Virus record (IMG/VR): IMGVR_UViG_2974764813_000001
Location: 1-64,000 of that record
Direction: 5' to 3' (one strand)
From: a virus
Lineage: Duplodnaviria; Caudoviricetes
Length of the DNA stretch: 64,000 nt
Each line of letters opens with the position of its first letter. Within the stretch, counting starts at the first letter, position 1. A program made the position numbers and the translations under genes. Below, one piece after another: positions 54,738-64,000 of the stretch. The notes beneath the pieces are model-generated. The model was not told the origin of the DNA, did not search any database, and saw only the letters and a list, made by a program, of their open reading frames with translations.

Positions 54738-57052
54738 GCAGTCCCGACAGCGGCAGCAGCTTCCAGCAGGGTGAGGACTTCGTCGCCGCCCGGCTGTCCA
54801 TCGACGTCCCCTCCGACGGCATCGCCACCCTGCGCGAGCTCAGCCAGGAGATCGAGCGCTACCGCGTCGGTGCGGAGGCCGCGGCCCGCGCCCAGGACAA
54901 CTTCACCCAGTACCTCACCCAGTCGGCCGAGGTCGCCGACCGCGCCGCCGGGGCCCAGCAGAACCTGATCACCGCCCTGCAGCGCACCGCCGAACTGCAG
55001 GAGCGCATCGCCAGCGGATCCTCCACCGCCGGGGGCATCACCGTGCCGCAGGGCTACGTCGACCCGTTCGGCAACGCCCAGGCCGGGCACGGCGGCTTCC
55101 GCTCGCCCAACGACATGACCGCGGTCAACCTCGACTCGGTGCAGGGCCAGATCGAACAGCTGCGCAACACCGATCCGCGCACCTACCTCAACATGCAGGC
55201 CGCCCGCGGCAACCTGCGCGCCGGGGACCTCCCGGCCGCCACCCCCGATGAGACCCAGCTGCACCAGGCCGCCAGCCGGGTGGCCACCCGCGATCAGCAG
55301 AACGCTCAGCGCATCTCGGCGCAAAACTCGGCCAACGACACCGCCAGCCTGCGTGGCTCCATCGGCCGCGGCGCCGGAATGGCCCAGCAGGTCCTCAACG
55401 AGGTCGGCGCCGGAGGGTCGCTCCAGGGACTGGGTGGCCTGGCCGCCAATGCGCTGACCTCCGCGGCAGCCTCCGGCGGCATCCAGGGTGGCGCGCTGGC
55501 CGGGATCGCACGCTACGCCGGGGGAGCGGGCCTGGGCCTCGGTGGCCTGCTGGCCGCCAATGGGCTGCTGCAAAAGGGCGGCGAAGTGGTGCAGGGCTAC
55601 GCCAACATGGGCTCGATCCGCGGCGGCGGCGCCATGGAGGGCTTCGGCACCGAGATGGCCATCCGCGCCATGGCGATGAACCCGCTGATCAGCACCGAGC
55701 AGAGCCGCCAGATCATCCAGAGCGCGCTCACCGAGGGCTACACCGGCAAGACCTTCGACACCGTGACCGGCTTCATCTCCCACAACCTCACCGAGATGAA
55801 CATGAGCGTCAACGAGTCGGTCGAGCTGCTGCGCAAGAACGTCAACGAGGGCGGTCAGTCGATTGCCGGTCTGGCCGCCAACCTCGGTGTGCTGCGGGGC
55901 CTGTCCAAGGACGGGGTGCGCAGCCTGCCGGAACTGTCTGCGGAATTCCAGGCCACCACCAGCAACCTGGTGGGCGCGGGCATGTCCGGCGCCGACGCCG
56001 AACGCGCCGCGCTGCTGGCCGGGCAGATGTTCCCCGACAGCCAGAACCTCAAAGACGTCGGCGGCAAGATCGCCAACGGGATGATGAACCCCCAGAACCT
56101 GTCGATGATCCAGGCATTCGGCGGGGTCAACGTCCCCAAGGGCCTCTCGCCGTTCGCGATGCCCTACGCCATGAGCGGCGACCAGCTCGTCCAGGGTGGC
56201 GAAGGCGTGCTGCGCAAGTACGCCCAGCAGATCTACCGCGGTGCGGGCAGCCCGCCGGAGGGCAGCGCAGCCTACTTCAACGTCATGGCCAGCTTCGGCC
56301 AGTTCGCCGCGCGCTTCGGCATCGCGCCCAACGAGGTCAAGGAACTGTTCCCGAAGCTGCTGCGCGGCGAGGACATCACCGGCGGCGCCAGCGAGCGGGT
56401 CGCCGACGAGATGAAAGAGCAGACCTCGGTCCAGGAGCGAGGTTTCTGGCAGCAGTGGGGCGGCAACCTGGCCGACACCGGCGAGATGCTCGGTGACGTC
56501 GTCGGCGGCAACGCGCGCACCGTCTTCTCCAATCTCGGCTCGCTGCTCAGCGGGCACTGGAGCGAGATCCCCAAGCGCTGGGCCGAACGGGGCAAGAAGA
56601 ACATCGAGTCCTGGAACGCCCCCAGCAAACGCTCCGGCGACTACCGCATCCCGATGCTCGACCAGATCATGGCCGAGTACGGGCCGACCGGCATCGAGAT
56701 CCTCGACGAGAACCAGAAGTCGGTGAAGTTCAACCCGAACGACCGCGGACAGATGGACAAAATCTCCGAGGGCGCCTACACCTGGCGGCCCAAGGGCTCC
56801 ACCGGCCGCGGCGTCACCCTCAGCGAGACCCCGCAGGCCGGGGAGAACTTCCGCGACCGCGTCACCCAGGTGCAGGGCAGTGTGCAGCTGGGCCTGACCC
56901 CCGACGCGGCCAAACTGCTGCAGCCCCAGGGCGGCAACACGATCCGGCTCACCCCGCACGAGCAGCGCGCCAACCAGAGCTACGGCGACGCCATGCCCAA
57001 CAACGCGCCTCCCGGTGAAGGGCCCCTCACGCGCGGCAGGAGCGGGTGGTGA
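54734..57052 (+). CDS. Tape measure protein
   Basis: Ala/Gly-rich helical protein after the chaperones. Confidence 0.75.
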   Translation: MSSPDSGSSFQQGEDFVAARLSIDVPSDGIATLRELSQEIERYRVGAEAAARAQDNFTQYLTQSAEVADRAAGAQQNLITALQRTAELQERIASGSSTAGGITVPQGYVDPFGNAQAGHGGFRSPNDMTAVNLDSVQGQIEQLRNTDPRTYLNMQAARGNLRAGDLPAATPDETQLHQAASRVATRDQQNAQRISAQNSANDTASLRGSIGRGAGMAQQVLNEVGAGGSLQGLGGLAANALTSAAASGGIQGGALAGIARYAGGAGLGLGGLLAANGLLQKGGEVVQGYANMGSIRGGGAMEGFGTEMAIRAMAMNPLISTEQSRQIIQSALTEGYTGKTFDTVTGFISHNLTEMNMSVNESVELLRKNVNEGGQSIAGLAANLGVLRGLSKDGVRSLPELSAEFQATTSNLVGAGMSGADAERAALLAGQMFPDSQNLKDVGGKIANGMMNPQNLSMIQAFGGVNVPKGLSPFAMPYAMSGDQLVQGGEGVLRKYAQQIYRGAGSPPEGSAAYFNVMASFGQFAARFGIAPNEVKELFPKLLRGEDITGGASERVADEMKEQTSVQERGFWQQWGGNLADTGEMLGDVVGGNARTVFSNLGSLLSGHWSEIPKRWAERGKKNIESWNAPSKRSGDYRIPMLDQIMAEYGPTGIEILDENQKSVKFNPNDRGQMDKISEGAYTWRPKGSTGRGVTLSETPQAGENFRDRVTQVQGSVQLGLTPDAAKLLQPQGGNTIRLTPHEQRANQSYGDAMPNNAPPGEGPLTRGRSGW

Positions 57053-57585
57053 CCTCCCCACAGTTCCCGGCGCCCGGCGGCGACAACCCGCAGCGCGGCA
57101 TCGCCAGCATCCAGTTCGGCGGTCGCGTGCTGCGCTTCCGCACCAACCCGAACTCGATCTGGTGGAACTACAAGCTCATCACCGCGGTGGAGAACACCTA
57201 CGGCGGCCGGGTGGTGCAGATCCTCGGCGCTCGCATCGAGGACCTCGTCGTGCAGGTCGACATCGGCCGCGGCGGCTGGCCCTACATGATGCAGGTCGTC
57301 AACTTCATGCGCGACATGATCAACGACCAGCGCAAGGGCGACCCCGGCACCTTCACCTACACCACCCGCAACTGGCGGCTGAAGGTGTTCGCGCTGTCGG
57401 TGCCGTTCCAGGACACCCTCACCGCCACCACCCGCGAGATCGAGCTGCGCTTCAAGGTCCAAGAAGACGTCTCCGGCGTGCAAACCTCCGCGGCGCTGTC
57501 GGATGCACTGGCCCGTCTCCAGGACGGCGTCGGCTTCAAGAAGAGCAAGTACAACACCAGCAATTCGAGCTCGTGGGGCCAGTAA
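57046..57585 (+). CDS. Baseplate/tube initiator-like protein
   Basis: F..NPNSI.W.Y...E.TYGG.V motif after the tape measure. Confidence 0.6.
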   Translation: MVTSPQFPAPGGDNPQRGIASIQFGGRVLRFRTNPNSIWWNYKLITAVENTYGGRVVQILGARIEDLVVQVDIGRGGWPYMMQVVNFMRDMINDQRKGDPGTFTYTTRNWRLKVFALSVPFQDTLTATTREIELRFKVQEDVSGVQTSAALSDALARLQDGVGFKKSKYNTSNSSSWGQ

Positions 57586-57607
57586 AGGGTGAGAGAAGAG
57601 GTGTGCC

Positions 57608-57769
57608 ATGGCTGATTTCGCGAGCAACTGCCCGGTCAGTTGGCCGATCAAGATTCCGAATCTGCTGCCCGAGATCGACCTCAACGGCGTGATGTTCTCC
57701 TACCAGCACGGCCTGGTCTACAACGCCGACGACCCGCCCTCGCAGCTGCGCCAGCCGGTCGAGGAGTGA
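57608..57769 (+). CDS. Small tail-region protein (53 aa)
   Basis: GAGG SD; fills the gap. Confidence 0.5.
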   Translation: MADFASNCPVSWPIKIPNLLPEIDLNGVMFSYQHGLVYNADDPPSQLRQPVEE

Positions 57770-57770
57770 T

Positions 57771-58319
57771 ATGCCGCTGCAGCTGAAGAGCACGACGCTC
57801 GGCGTCGAACACACGCTGGCCTGCACCTCGTTTCAGACGACGCTCTTCTCGGAGATGTCCACCGTGCAGACCAAGGAGATGCAGCAGCATTTCCCGATCA
57901 AGGCCCAGCAGCCCGCGGTCACCTTCAACGTGGTGTTCCCCAGCGAGCGCGACTTCGAGGACTTCCAGAAGTTCGTGCGCCGCCACCAGCAGGCCGCGCT
58001 GCACAGCTGGCCCAACCCGCAGATCACCCTGTGGTGGCCGGAGCGCAACATCCAGAACTGGACCGGCATCATCAAGGACTTCCGCGCCGGTGGCCAGCGC
58101 TTCAACCCCATGCCACGGGCCCAGCTCAGCGTCGACCTGATCGACTCGGTGTACTCCACGCGCACCGAGCTGGCCAGCATGGCGCAGACCATCTGGGCGG
58201 TCGCGGGCTACGGCTCGCCCTCGGGCGTGCTCACCCAGCCGCTGCAGATCGTCGAAGAACTGCTCGACCGCATCGGCGTCGGCGGCGGCGCCGGATCCTT
58301 CCTGCGAGGTGGCCGATGA
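57771..58319 (+). CDS. Baseplate/minor tail protein
   Basis: GAGGAG SD; position. Confidence 0.6.
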   Translation: MPLQLKSTTLGVEHTLACTSFQTTLFSEMSTVQTKEMQQHFPIKAQQPAVTFNVVFPSERDFEDFQKFVRRHQQAALHSWPNPQITLWWPERNIQNWTGIIKDFRAGGQRFNPMPRAQLSVDLIDSVYSTRTELASMAQTIWAVAGYGSPSGVLTQPLQIVEELLDRIGVGGGAGSFLRGGR

Positions 58320-61105
58320 CCTCAGCCGTCAACGACCTGGTCTCGCGGGTCAACATCGACCCGTTCAGCCCGCCGGAGATGAAGACCCTGGTCTACTCCC
58401 CGGACGTCCAGGTGTTCGTCGAACACAACGGCCGCCAGTACGACATCTCCAAGGACGTCGTGCGGGTGACGGTCATCCGCAAGGAGAACTCGGCGTCGTC
58501 GGTGTTCGTCAGCGTGGCCAACAAGGGCGGTCGCTACAGCGGCAAGGTCGCGCCGATGGACCGGATCACCGTGTTCATGAAGCGCTTCAAGTGGACGCAG
58601 GTGCTCTCCGGCTACGTCGACAAGGGCCCGCACTCCCAGCTCTACCAGGGCGTGTCGATGATCAAGGCGACGTGCACGCTCAAGCGCCTCATGCACACCC
58701 GGTGGAACCCCGGCCTGCCCGGCTGCGAGAAGTTCTTCGGCCAGATGGGTGCCGCCCAGGCCAACGCGGGCGACGGCCAGACCCTGGACTCGGGCTTCGG
58801 CTCGCTGCTGCGCCAGCTGCTCATGGAGGTCGGCGGCTGGCAGCCCAGCAACATCCACATCCAGAACTTCCCGGTGAGCTTCTACAACTTCCTCACCAGC
58901 CAGGTCCGGGCCAACGCCGGAGCCAACCAGGCCGCGGTCGAGAAGTTCAAGCACCTGCTCCTCGGCGACGACATCTCCAGCGGCGCCAAGTCGTTCGCCA
59001 ACTACAGCTCCTCGGCGGGCACCCCCGGCCCGATTGGCGCCGGGCAGGCGTTCTACGTCGGCGAGATCATCGCCGCCTGTGACGAGCTCGGCCTGGGCCC
59101 GCTCAACCTCAACCTGCAGACCGCCCAACAGCTGCAGGAGGCCGCCGCCCAGGGCGCGGCGGGCGCGACCTCTGGCCTGGACCCCAACCAGAGCGCCGCC
59201 TGGGAGGGCGTCGCGGAGGCAGCCACCAACCTGCAGCAGTCCAGCAGCAACAGCGACGGCGCGATCCTCGGCATCGCCTGCGCGCTGGGGGAGAGCGGGC
59301 TACGCAACCTGCCCAACCCAGAGATCCCCGAGAGCTTCCAACTGCCGCACGATCCCTATGGCGGCCCCTACGACCACGACTCGGTCGGCCTGTTCCAGCA
59401 GCGCAACTTCGCCGAGTGGGGCACGGTACAGCAGCGCATGAACCCGCGGCAGTCCGCACGCATGTTCTTCCAGCACCTCGCCGGGATCGAGGGCTGGCGC
59501 AACATGGACCCCGGCCAGGCCATCTACCGGGTGCAGCGCGGCGGCTCCCCGTCGTACTACAGCAGCTTCATCGCCCAGGCCAAGGAGCTCGTCGCCGCCC
59601 ACCGCGCAGCCAGCCAGGCAGCGGCCACCACGATCACCTCCAATCCGATCACCGGCGCGGTCAGCGGTGTGGCCGGGGCCGCGGGCATCAACGTCGGGCC
59701 GTCGCTGGCTGCTGCGGTCGGCCAGGCCACCACCAGCCCGGACCCCGCCGCGGCACGCGCACAACTGGGCAAGCCCAACCCCGACTCCGAGGGCGCGGTG
59801 CAGACCGCCCTGCAGTACATGAGCACCCCGTATCACTGGGGCGGCAAGACCCCGGCCGCGGGCTTCGACTGCTCGGGCCTGATGACCTGGGCCTACAAGG
59901 CCATCGGCATCGACATCGGGCACGGCACCAGCGGCATCCGCGCCACCGTGCAGCAGATCTCGCCCAGCCAGATCCAGCGTGGCGACATCATCATCCGCGG
60001 CTCTGGCGGCGGCACGCACGCCCAGATGTACTACGAGCCCGGCGCCATCCTCGACACCGGCGGCCCCGAGGGCAGGCCCGGCAGCCTCAAGCCGATGGCC
60101 CCGCTGCAGCCCGGCGACTCGGTGCACCACGTCTGCGACAACGGCGGGCCGGACCCGTCCTCACCGCGGCTGGACCCCGCCCTGGTGAGCAACCCGCTGC
60201 CCACCCCCGGCACCGGGGCGGCCACCGGCCTGGGTGGCGGTGCGGGCGGCTCGCACTCCGAGCCCATCGCGCGCAACCTGTTCTCCTACATCTTCGAGCC
60301 GAGCCAGTACGCCTCGGACATCGCGCCGCTGTGGGGCATGGCCGGAGGCCACAAGGACTTCATCGACTCCCAGCCGCTGATGCAGATGGTGCAGGCGTTC
60401 TGCCGGGCGTCGATGCGCAACTTCCAGTCCGCGCCCAACGGCGACTTCATCGCCTACTACCCGGACTACTTCGGGCTCGACGGCAAGCCCGCGGTGATGC
60501 GCCTGGAGGACATCGAGCTCAAAGACGTCCACATCGACGTCTCCGACGACAACCTGGCCACCCACGTCTACGTCGCCGGGCAGTCGACCATGCTCGGCCA
60601 GCTCGACCAGGTCAGCCAGTGGCTGGACACCGCGGGCACCGCCACCGTCGAGGACGAGTGGCTGTTCCAGCGCATCCGCAAGGTCAGCGTCGGCGACTAC
60701 AGCGCCACCGACGGCGAAGACATCATGCGCAAGTTCGGCGTGCGGCCCTACCAGGTCACCCAGTCGCTGACCGGCAGCTACGAGCTCGAGTTCCTGCTGG
60801 CATGCCAGATCTTCATGGAGAAGTGGGCCGCCCAGTACGAGACCCAGGTCAGCTTCGCCTTCATGCCGGAACTGTTCCCCGGCATGCGCATCCAGATCGG
60901 CGACCACAACCTGCAGGTCTACGTCTCCGAGGTGGTCCACGACTGCGACTTCGAGCAGGGCTTCCGCACCACCGCCACCATCATGGCGCCGTCGAACCCC
61001 AAGGCCCGCCAGCAGATGGCCGACACCCGCACCGACGCCACCAACACCGAGGCCACCCGCGGCGGGGCAGGCGGGCCGGTGCTCAGCGGGGAGGAGCTGC
61101 ACTGA
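58316..61105 (+). CDS. Baseplate hub with transglycosylase-like and NlpC/P60 peptidoglycan hydrolase domains
   Basis: ALGESGLRN...DSVGLFQQR...WG; TPYHWGG...FDCSGL...H; C-terminal FMPELFPGMR hub motif. Confidence 0.8.
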   Translation: MTSAVNDLVSRVNIDPFSPPEMKTLVYSPDVQVFVEHNGRQYDISKDVVRVTVIRKENSASSVFVSVANKGGRYSGKVAPMDRITVFMKRFKWTQVLSGYVDKGPHSQLYQGVSMIKATCTLKRLMHTRWNPGLPGCEKFFGQMGAAQANAGDGQTLDSGFGSLLRQLLMEVGGWQPSNIHIQNFPVSFYNFLTSQVRANAGANQAAVEKFKHLLLGDDISSGAKSFANYSSSAGTPGPIGAGQAFYVGEIIAACDELGLGPLNLNLQTAQQLQEAAAQGAAGATSGLDPNQSAAWEGVAEAATNLQQSSSNSDGAILGIACALGESGLRNLPNPEIPESFQLPHDPYGGPYDHDSVGLFQQRNFAEWGTVQQRMNPRQSARMFFQHLAGIEGWRNMDPGQAIYRVQRGGSPSYYSSFIAQAKELVAAHRAASQAAATTITSNPITGAVSGVAGAAGINVGPSLAAAVGQATTSPDPAAARAQLGKPNPDSEGAVQTALQYMSTPYHWGGKTPAAGFDCSGLMTWAYKAIGIDIGHGTSGIRATVQQISPSQIQRGDIIIRGSGGGTHAQMYYEPGAILDTGGPEGRPGSLKPMAPLQPGDSVHHVCDNGGPDPSSPRLDPALVSNPLPTPGTGAATGLGGGAGGSHSEPIARNLFSYIFEPSQYASDIAPLWGMAGGHKDFIDSQPLMQMVQAFCRASMRNFQSAPNGDFIAYYPDYFGLDGKPAVMRLEDIELKDVHIDVSDDNLATHVYVAGQSTMLGQLDQVSQWLDTAGTATVEDEWLFQRIRKVSVGDYSATDGEDIMRKFGVRPYQVTQSLTGSYELEFLLACQIFMEKWAAQYETQVSFAFMPELFPGMRIQIGDHNLQVYVSEVVHDCDFEQGFRTTATIMAPSNPKARQQMADTRTDATNTEATRGGAGGPVLSGEELH

Positions 61106-62343
61106 TGGTCGGCACCCCCGTCGGCTTCTCCAGTGGCGACACCCAGCCGGTGGCGATCATGTCGGTGGACCCCGTCAACCGCCAGGCCATCGGCCTGACC
61201 CGGCGCCGCAGCGAGGTCACCATCGACCTGCGCTACCACGTCGGCGGCCTGCAGGTCACCCCCGCGGTCGGCGAGCAGTGGTTCATCGCCCAGGAGAGCA
61301 CCTTCTACTACCGGCTGATCTCCAAGATCCCGTACAACGCCGAGGAGATGAACACCGAGGCCGAAGAGGGCCAGGTGCAGGTCGGCTCGACCGGCCCGCT
61401 GGAGCTGCACGGCTCACGGGTCAACATCCGCGGCGGGGTCCTGACCCTCGGCGGCGTTGAGTACCGCAGCCGCGAAGGGGTGCTGCAGTACAACTCCGGC
61501 ACCACCGAGGACCCGCACTGGCTGCCGGTGGCGGCGCTCACCGGGCCCGACGGCGAGGCGCTGACCACCGACAACGTCGTCGAGGGCACCACCCACCTGT
61601 ACTTCACCACCGGCCGTGCCGCCGCCGCGGCCCCGGTGCAGAGCGTGGCCGGGCGCACCGGCAATGTCACGGTGACCAAGGCCGACGTCGGCCTGAGCAA
61701 CGTCGAGAACATCGCGGTCACCGCTCTGCTGGCGGCCAAGGCCGACCTCGACGGCGACGGGCGGGTGCCATCCTCGCAGCTGCCCGCCTCGGGCAACCCG
61801 GTCCGCGTCTACGACGACCTGGCCAGCTTCCCGCCCAGCGGCCTGATCGGCGTCCTCTACATCGCCGCGGACACCCGCTCGATCTACCTGTGGGACGGCG
61901 AGAGCAGCTACGAGCTCTTCTACACCCCCGGCGACGGCCCGGCCAACACCGACAGCCTGCCCGAGGGCACGTCGAACCTCTACCACACCGCCGAGCGGGC
62001 CGCCGCTGCTGCGCGCACCCCCGAGGTGCTCACTCTGGCCTCCACCGCGGCCCCGATCTACAACGTCGAGGGGATCGACCACCTGGAGATCGTCGACCTC
62101 GACACCAACATCGCCACGATGACCGCGGGCATGAGCGGCACCCCGGCGCACCGGCAGAAGCTGATGATCTGGATCCACGCGCTGTCGACCCGCTCGATCT
62201 TCTGGGGCACCGGCTTCCGCAATTCCGGGGTCGCGGCCCTGCCGACGACCGCGGTGGCCAACAAGACGATCTGCATCGGGGTGGTCTACGACGCCACCGC
62301 CGAGGTCTGGGTCTGCATGGCCGCGGACCCCGTGGGCTATTGA
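61105..62343 (+). CDS. Baseplate spike/fiber-like protein
   Basis: PAVGEQW OB-fold-like N-terminus; EG...LY.T..RA and VQSVAGRTG.V..TKADVGL.NV fiber repeats. Confidence 0.6.
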   Translation: MVGTPVGFSSGDTQPVAIMSVDPVNRQAIGLTRRRSEVTIDLRYHVGGLQVTPAVGEQWFIAQESTFYYRLISKIPYNAEEMNTEAEEGQVQVGSTGPLELHGSRVNIRGGVLTLGGVEYRSREGVLQYNSGTTEDPHWLPVAALTGPDGEALTTDNVVEGTTHLYFTTGRAAAAAPVQSVAGRTGNVTVTKADVGLSNVENIAVTALLAAKADLDGDGRVPSSQLPASGNPVRVYDDLASFPPSGLIGVLYIAADTRSIYLWDGESSYELFYTPGDGPANTDSLPEGTSNLYHTAERAAAAARTPEVLTLASTAAPIYNVEGIDHLEIVDLDTNIATMTAGMSGTPAHRQKLMIWIHALSTRSIFWGTGFRNSGVAALPTTAVANKTICIGVVYDATAEVWVCMAADPVGY

Positions 62344-62380
62344 CCGGCCCCTCCCGAGCCGTAAATAGAGAGGAGGCACC

Positions 62381-62797
62381 GTGTCGTTTTCGCTGAAAGT
62401 GTCCGGCGGGGACCTTGTTCAGGAAGGGTCCTCGCTGGCCATCGTCTCGGGTATCGAGAAGCTCAAGCAGGACCTTCAGCTGTGGGTGCTCGAGCAATGG
62501 GGCGGCGACCGCTTCCACCCCGACATGGGCTCGATCCTGCAGGACATGATCGGCGGGGTCATCAACGCCACCACCTCCCAGCGGGTCACCGCCGAGCTCG
62601 AGCGTGTCCTCGACAACTTTCAGCGTGTGCAGAAGGCCTCCCTGCTGGCCAACCCGCAGCTGTACTCGGCCGCCGAACTGCTGATGTCCATCGACGACAT
62701 CGTCGTCACCCTGTCCTACGACACCGTGGTGGCCGTGGTGAAGGTGACCAGCGCCGCCAGCCAATCCGCATCACTCACCTTCACCAAGGGGTTGTGA
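62381..62797 (+). CDS. Baseplate wedge protein (gp25/W-like)
   Basis: GDL...KL.QDL...G.DRFHP..GS.L motif. Confidence 0.75.
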   Translation: MSFSLKVSGGDLVQEGSSLAIVSGIEKLKQDLQLWVLEQWGGDRFHPDMGSILQDMIGGVINATTSQRVTAELERVLDNFQRVQKASLLANPQLYSAAELLMSIDDIVVTLSYDTVVAVVKVTSAASQSASLTFTKGL

Positions 62798-62798
62798 C

Positions 62799-64000
62799 AT
62801 GAGCCGTACACCGCCTGAGATCGCAGCCCGCATCGTCGCCCAGCTCGGCCTGACCGCGCCGGGCCTGGACTGCCGTCCCGGCACCATCCAGCGCAAGATC
62901 ATCGACGCCTGCGCCGAGGCGATCTCCGAGGGCCACGTCGAGCAGTACCTGGTGGCCAGCCTGCTCGACCTCGACAGCAAGGTCGGCCTGGAACTGGAGC
63001 AGTTCGTCGGCAACTTCGGTTACGGCCGCCTGCAGGGCAAGGCCGCCGAGGGCGTCGTACGCATCACGCTGAACACCGCCGCACCCCAGGACTACAGCAT
63101 CCCGCTGGGCACGCAGTTCTACACCAAGAACGGCGTCACCGGCGCCGGGCTGGCCGGTGGGCAGACGCTGTACTTCGCCTCCACCCAGGCCGTGGTGCTC
63201 ACCGCGGGCAGCCTGTCGGTGGACGTGCCGGTGCAGTGCTCCATCGTCGGCGCCGTCGGCAACGTCCCGCCGGACACGATCATCTACTTGGGCAACACCA
63301 TCGGCGCGGGCTCGGCGACCAACCTCACCGCGCTCACCGGCGGCGTCAACGTCGAATCCGACACCGAGCTGCGCCAGCGGTTCAAGGACACCTTCCTGCG
63401 CAACATCGCGGGCACTGCGGACTGGTACCGCGCGATCTGCCTGCAGAACAACCGCGTCTCGCGGGTCGCGGTGTACGGGCCGACCACGCTGTACCGCACC
63501 CAGATCGCCGCCCCGGCGGCCACCGCGGCGCTGTCGCTGAACCAGGACGTCAAATACGTCTGGCCCGACATGCACTCGTGCTTCACCAACCTCGGCCAGG
63601 AAGACCAGGTCTTCTACTCGCCGACCTACGACTACACCCTCACCTCGGGTGCCTCGCCGGTGTTCACCCGCGTGTCCACCGGCGAGATCGAGACCGGCGA
63701 CATCGTCGACCTGGAGTTCCAGTACGTCACCCGGTGCAGCCGCAACGACCCGGTCAACGACATCACCAACAAGGTCGACGTGTTCGTCGACGGCGTCGAG
63801 TCGCACTCGGTCACCGAGAAGACCGTCGTCAGCGCCGCCGCGCTGTCGGCGACGAGCACCAACCCGCTCTACACCGGCAACTTCGTGCGCATCGGCTCCA
63901 CCGGCTCGCCGTCGGCGGGCAACCGCTTCATGCGGCTGGGCTCGGTGCCGGTGGTGACCTTCCCGGCCACCATCACCGTGGACGGCGTCGTGTTCACCCA
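62799..64000 (+). CDS. Baseplate J-like protein (truncated by the window end)
   Basis: Frame from ATG 62799 reads G..GNV, GG.N.ESD.ELRQRF and RNIAGT; no stop seen before 64000. Confidence 0.8.
   Translation, partial: MSRTPPEIAARIVAQLGLTAPGLDCRPGTIQRKIIDACAEAISEGHVEQYLVASLLDLDSKVGLELEQFVGNFGYGRLQGKAAEGVVRITLNTAAPQDYSIPLGTQFYTKNGVTGAGLAGGQTLYFASTQAVVLTAGSLSVDVPVQCSIVGAVGNVPPDTIIYLGNTIGAGSATNLTALTGGVNVESDTELRQRFKDTFLRNIAGTADWYRAICLQNNRVSRVAVYGPTTLYRTQIAAPAATAALSLNQDVKYVWPDMHSCFTNLGQEDQVFYSPTYDYTLTSGASPVFTRVSTGEIETGDIVDLEFQYVTRCSRNDPVNDITNKVDVFVDGVESHSVTEKTVVSAAALSATSTNPLYTGNFVRIGSTGSPSAGNRFMRLGSVPVVTFPATITVDGVVFT

Noticed and set aside
59416-61104. Long N-terminal extension of ORF 59416-62343, and similar extensions of ORFs at 58031, 47291, 47770, 30005 and 5695
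   Set aside because: They are Arg/Pro-rich off-frame overlaps; the real starts are the coupled ATG/GTG codons at the upstream stops.

Overview
This window is part of a high-GC actinobacteriophage genome, most likely infecting Mycobacterium, with a contractile tail. Its gene content resembles the Bxz1/cluster C-like myoviruses, but it is temperate. In order it carries lysin A; a large terminase with a class-3 intein; a HAD phosphatase, an NlpC/P60 protein and a TGT/DpdA-like enzyme; a phage tmRNA; divergent operons of small early genes; lysin B with holin-like genes; attP (matching a tRNA-Ala 3' end), tyrosine integrase, repressor, Cro and excise; and a long virion operon running from portal, protease/scaffold and major capsid through neck, sheath, tube, frameshifted chaperone and tape measure to a baseplate truncated at the window end. 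The most notable signal is a set of enzyme cargo domains inside the virion operon: three ADP-ribosyltransferase-like domains and a zeta-toxin-like kinase, plus possibly a 2H phosphoesterase. They are attached to a shared short leader, I-[ILT]-x-x-[RA]-[EQ]-Q...[WY]...R-x-[ASG], and head proteins are punctuated by [RKH]-x-A motifs. This suggests a protease-processed, capsid-delivered effector system. Three distinct recurring regulatory DNA motifs were also found by eye. All protein assignments come from motif recognition and gene order; no database searches were run.
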